In this document: one piece after another, positions 61,964 through 64,000 of the stretch
How positions within the stretch are numbered: position 1 is the first letter of the stretch
Layout of the letters: each line of letters starts with the position of its first letter
Origin: an uncultured Nitrospiraceae bacterium
GTDB lineage: Bacteria; Nitrospirota; Thermodesulfovibrionia; Thermodesulfovibrionales; UBA6898
Length of the DNA stretch: 64,000 nt
Direction of reading: 5' to 3'
Assembly: GCA_963811165.1 (NCBI GenBank)
Contig: CAWEQH010000008.1
Coordinates: 160,001-224,000, forward strand
The notes under the pieces: model-generated
What the model saw: the letters and a program-made list of their open reading frames with translations, nothing else
Databases searched by the model: none
Told to the model about the DNA's origin: nothing
Position numbers and translations under genes: made by a program

Positions 61964-62799
61964 CTACCAAAGGGACGAGGCAAGGGGATGTGTTTTGCGC
62001 TCTACCAAGGTAATCGCATCTTCCGGACAGGCCGACCGACAGACTCCGCAGCCGAAACAGTGCTTCGAGTTTATTTGAGATCTGTTGTCAGCTTCTGAAT
62101 ATTCGACTGCAGCAAATTGACAGACGTGACTACATTCCCGACAGCCCGTGCATTTTGTTGCATCCACCTCAGCAAGCTTTTCCGATTTGAACATCAGCGG
62201 CATTTTAAGTCCTATCGTGCTTCGCAAGGCAAGACACGATTTTAATTCGCAGTTACATATTGCCCCGATAAAGGGGGTCTGAAAGGTCCAGACGCTATGG
62301 ACCAGTCCCTGGTGGTCCAATTGTTTAATTTGATCGAGGACCTGTTCCTTGTTCAAGTGGTCGAATTGAGAAACATCAGGAGACCCGAAATAGTCCATAT
62401 CGAGATCATTAAACCATTCAGCCGCTCCGAAGCTTATTCCGAAACAGACGCGGGTCTCTTTTTTGCTGAACGCCCAGCGGCATCCGCAGGGCAGTCGTAC
62501 CGCAGTATTGCAGATCGCAAGGATTTTGTCGACATCTTCAAGGGGAAGGACCTGACCGAAATGTGTCGATTTCATTTCCCTGATATAGGGGGCCCTTATT
62601 CTCTCAAGAAGTTTAGGATTGCGAACAAACATCTGCTCCATCCGGCTGATCTTTTGATTTCCCTCATGCACCATCTCTTTGTAGAAGTTCTTGATCATGG
62701 ACTTACGATTGAGGATCGTTTAAAAGCTCGGTCGAATAATTCTCTGACGTTGAGATACCATTCCTTGCCTTCACCGTGTTGGGTGCAGAACTCACACAT
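61964..62799 (-). CDS. 4Fe-4S binding protein (indel near the 5' end)
   Basis: True start MCEFCTQHGEGKEWYL at 62799; CGCR, ICNC and two ferredoxin CxxCxxCxxxC motifs. Confidence 0.85.
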
Positions 62800-62888
62800 T
62801 AATGCGCCTCCCGAGCGTTTGTTCGTGACAAGAGCATTATAACAAATTATGTAGGAGGATCATGCATCGCTATGGAGAGTCGGGAAAC

Positions 62889-62912
62889 GGGGACGGACCC
62901 TTTGTCCGCCCC
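62889..62912. terminator. GC hairpin after the cytochrome gene
   Basis: GGGGACGGAC-CCTTT-GTCCGCCCC. Confidence 0.4.
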
Positions 62913-62922
62913 CGGTGATTGA

Positions 62923-63681
62923 TTACTTATGACACTTCTGGCACTCGGTAGTACCGAAGGCCGTCTGGCCGTCATGACATTTGCCGCAGAACTTGTTTTG
63001 ATAGAGGGCGTCCATCTTCATTCCGGAACCGCCTTTCTTATATTTGAAGATCGACGTATGGCAGCTGCCGCAATCGAACATTGCGGTATGCACCTGGTGG
63101 CTAAATATTGCGGCCGGCATATCGCCGGAAGGGTAACTGAAGTCTTTTTTCAGGCCCGCCATGTTATGGCACTTGGCGCATTCCTTTGCGGCGAATGCAA
63201 TCCTGCCGTTATGACATCTGCCGCAGGTGCCGCCTTTATACATCTCGTCCATCACGATGTTCGAAGTGCCCTTTTTCATTTGGAAGAGCTTTGGGTGGCA
63301 CTCGCCGCAGCCGTATTTTCTTGCATGGTTTTGGTGGGAGAACGTCACCGTCAGTCCTGAGGCGGCGTAGGTAAATACCGTCAGATTATGGCAGTTGTTG
63401 CATGTATCTTTGTTCAAGGTCATTTCCTTGTGGGGCATCATGATGTGGCATTGGTTACAGTGTACCCCAAGGCCGAGATGTTTAGGGTGGGAAAATTGCC
63501 CCTTTGTGTCAAGGGAAAATTTTTCATAGGGATGACACTTGAAACAAGGGAGAGAGGAATCCTTCAAAGAGGCTATCACGGGTGATTCCTTCTCCTGGAC
63601 AACCGGCTTTTCGCCGGCCTTCCATCTGTTACAGGAAAAAAGCAGTAAGACGAGGAACAGTACCGCTGATCTTCGTGCCAT
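62923..63681 (-). CDS. nonaheme c7/c3-type cytochrome lipoprotein
   Basis: Nine CxxCH motifs in three units of three, FSH..H motifs, lipobox LFSC. Confidence 0.92.
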   Translation of the reverse strand: MARRSAVLFLVLLLFSCNRWKAGEKPVVQEKESPVIASLKDSSLPCFKCHPYEKFSLDTKGQFSHPKHLGLGVHCNQCHIMMPHKEMTLNKDTCNNCHNLTVFTYAASGLTVTFSHQNHARKYGCGECHPKLFQMKKGTSNIVMDEMYKGGTCGRCHNGRIAFAAKECAKCHNMAGLKKDFSYPSGDMPAAIFSHQVHTAMFDCGSCHTSIFKYKKGGSGMKMDALYQNKFCGKCHDGQTAFGTTECQKCHK

Positions 63682-63689
63682 CTTTCCCC

Positions 63690-64000
63690 CTAGTCCTTCG
63701 TATGCTTTTTCGCATCCGGGAATAGCAGCTCGTATTCGATGGGGTGGTGATGCTTTAACTGCGCTGTCGATATCTTACCGGTTATCCAGAGCCAGCTCAT
63801 CGGGAAATTTTCCGGTTTTAGGTGCTCGTTATAGAAATGCCAGAAGAGGATGAAGACGATCGCCAGGAGTGCTTCATCGCTGTGCATGATCGACAGAAGT
63901 TCCCATATCCAGGCCGTGGCGAACCTGGGGATAATATGAGATACGAGCATTGGAAAGGCAAGGGAAAAACCCGAAAAACCGATAATGAACATACCCCAGA
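63690..64000 (-). CDS. cytochrome b-type membrane domain (3' part only)
   Basis: HSDEALLA..FILFWHFYN.H..FPM..WITG..HHP.EY. Confidence 0.8.
   Translation of the reverse strand, partial: WGMFIIGFSGFSLAFPMLVSHIIPRFATAWIWELLSIMHSDEALLAIVFILFWHFYNEHLKPENFPMSWLWITGKISTAQLKHHHPIEYELLFPDAKKHTKD

Overview
This is a 64 kb chromosomal window from an anaerobic Gram-negative bacterium. Gene content and order suggest Nitrospirota (Thermodesulfovibrionia-like) or a related deltaproteobacteria-like lineage; that placement is inference, with no database search. Most of the window is housekeeping: rsmA-pdxA, tyrS, purF, ligA, mltD, purA-serA-aminotransferase, degQ-PIN/TRAM-ispDF, cysE-cysS-rlmB, a tRNA cluster with tuf-rpmG-secE-nusG-rplKAJL-rpoBC, a two-component pair, an RpoD-like sigma factor and a multiheme cytochrome locus. 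An accessory patch at about 3.4-10.9 kb holds PilZ and HD-GYP genes, a decayed DJ-1 chimera, a two-gene unit of B12-radical SAM plus type III PKS, and cupredoxins. Many essential genes at about 27.8-33.1 kb and 42.7-51 kb are broken by indels, almost certainly sequencing or assembly error, so any fusion or frameshift claim needs read-level checking. The best candidates for something new are: (1) the B12-rSAM + type III PKS mini-cluster; (2) a long terminator-like hairpin leader between a clear promoter and the Ni/Co ECF transporter operon, matching no riboswitch I recognise; (3) a family of double-hairpin palindromic elements, one built into the 5' end of a DUF559 nuclease gene; (4) an in-frame CysE-CysS fusion. 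I saw no CRISPR array, rRNA, transposase or integrase.
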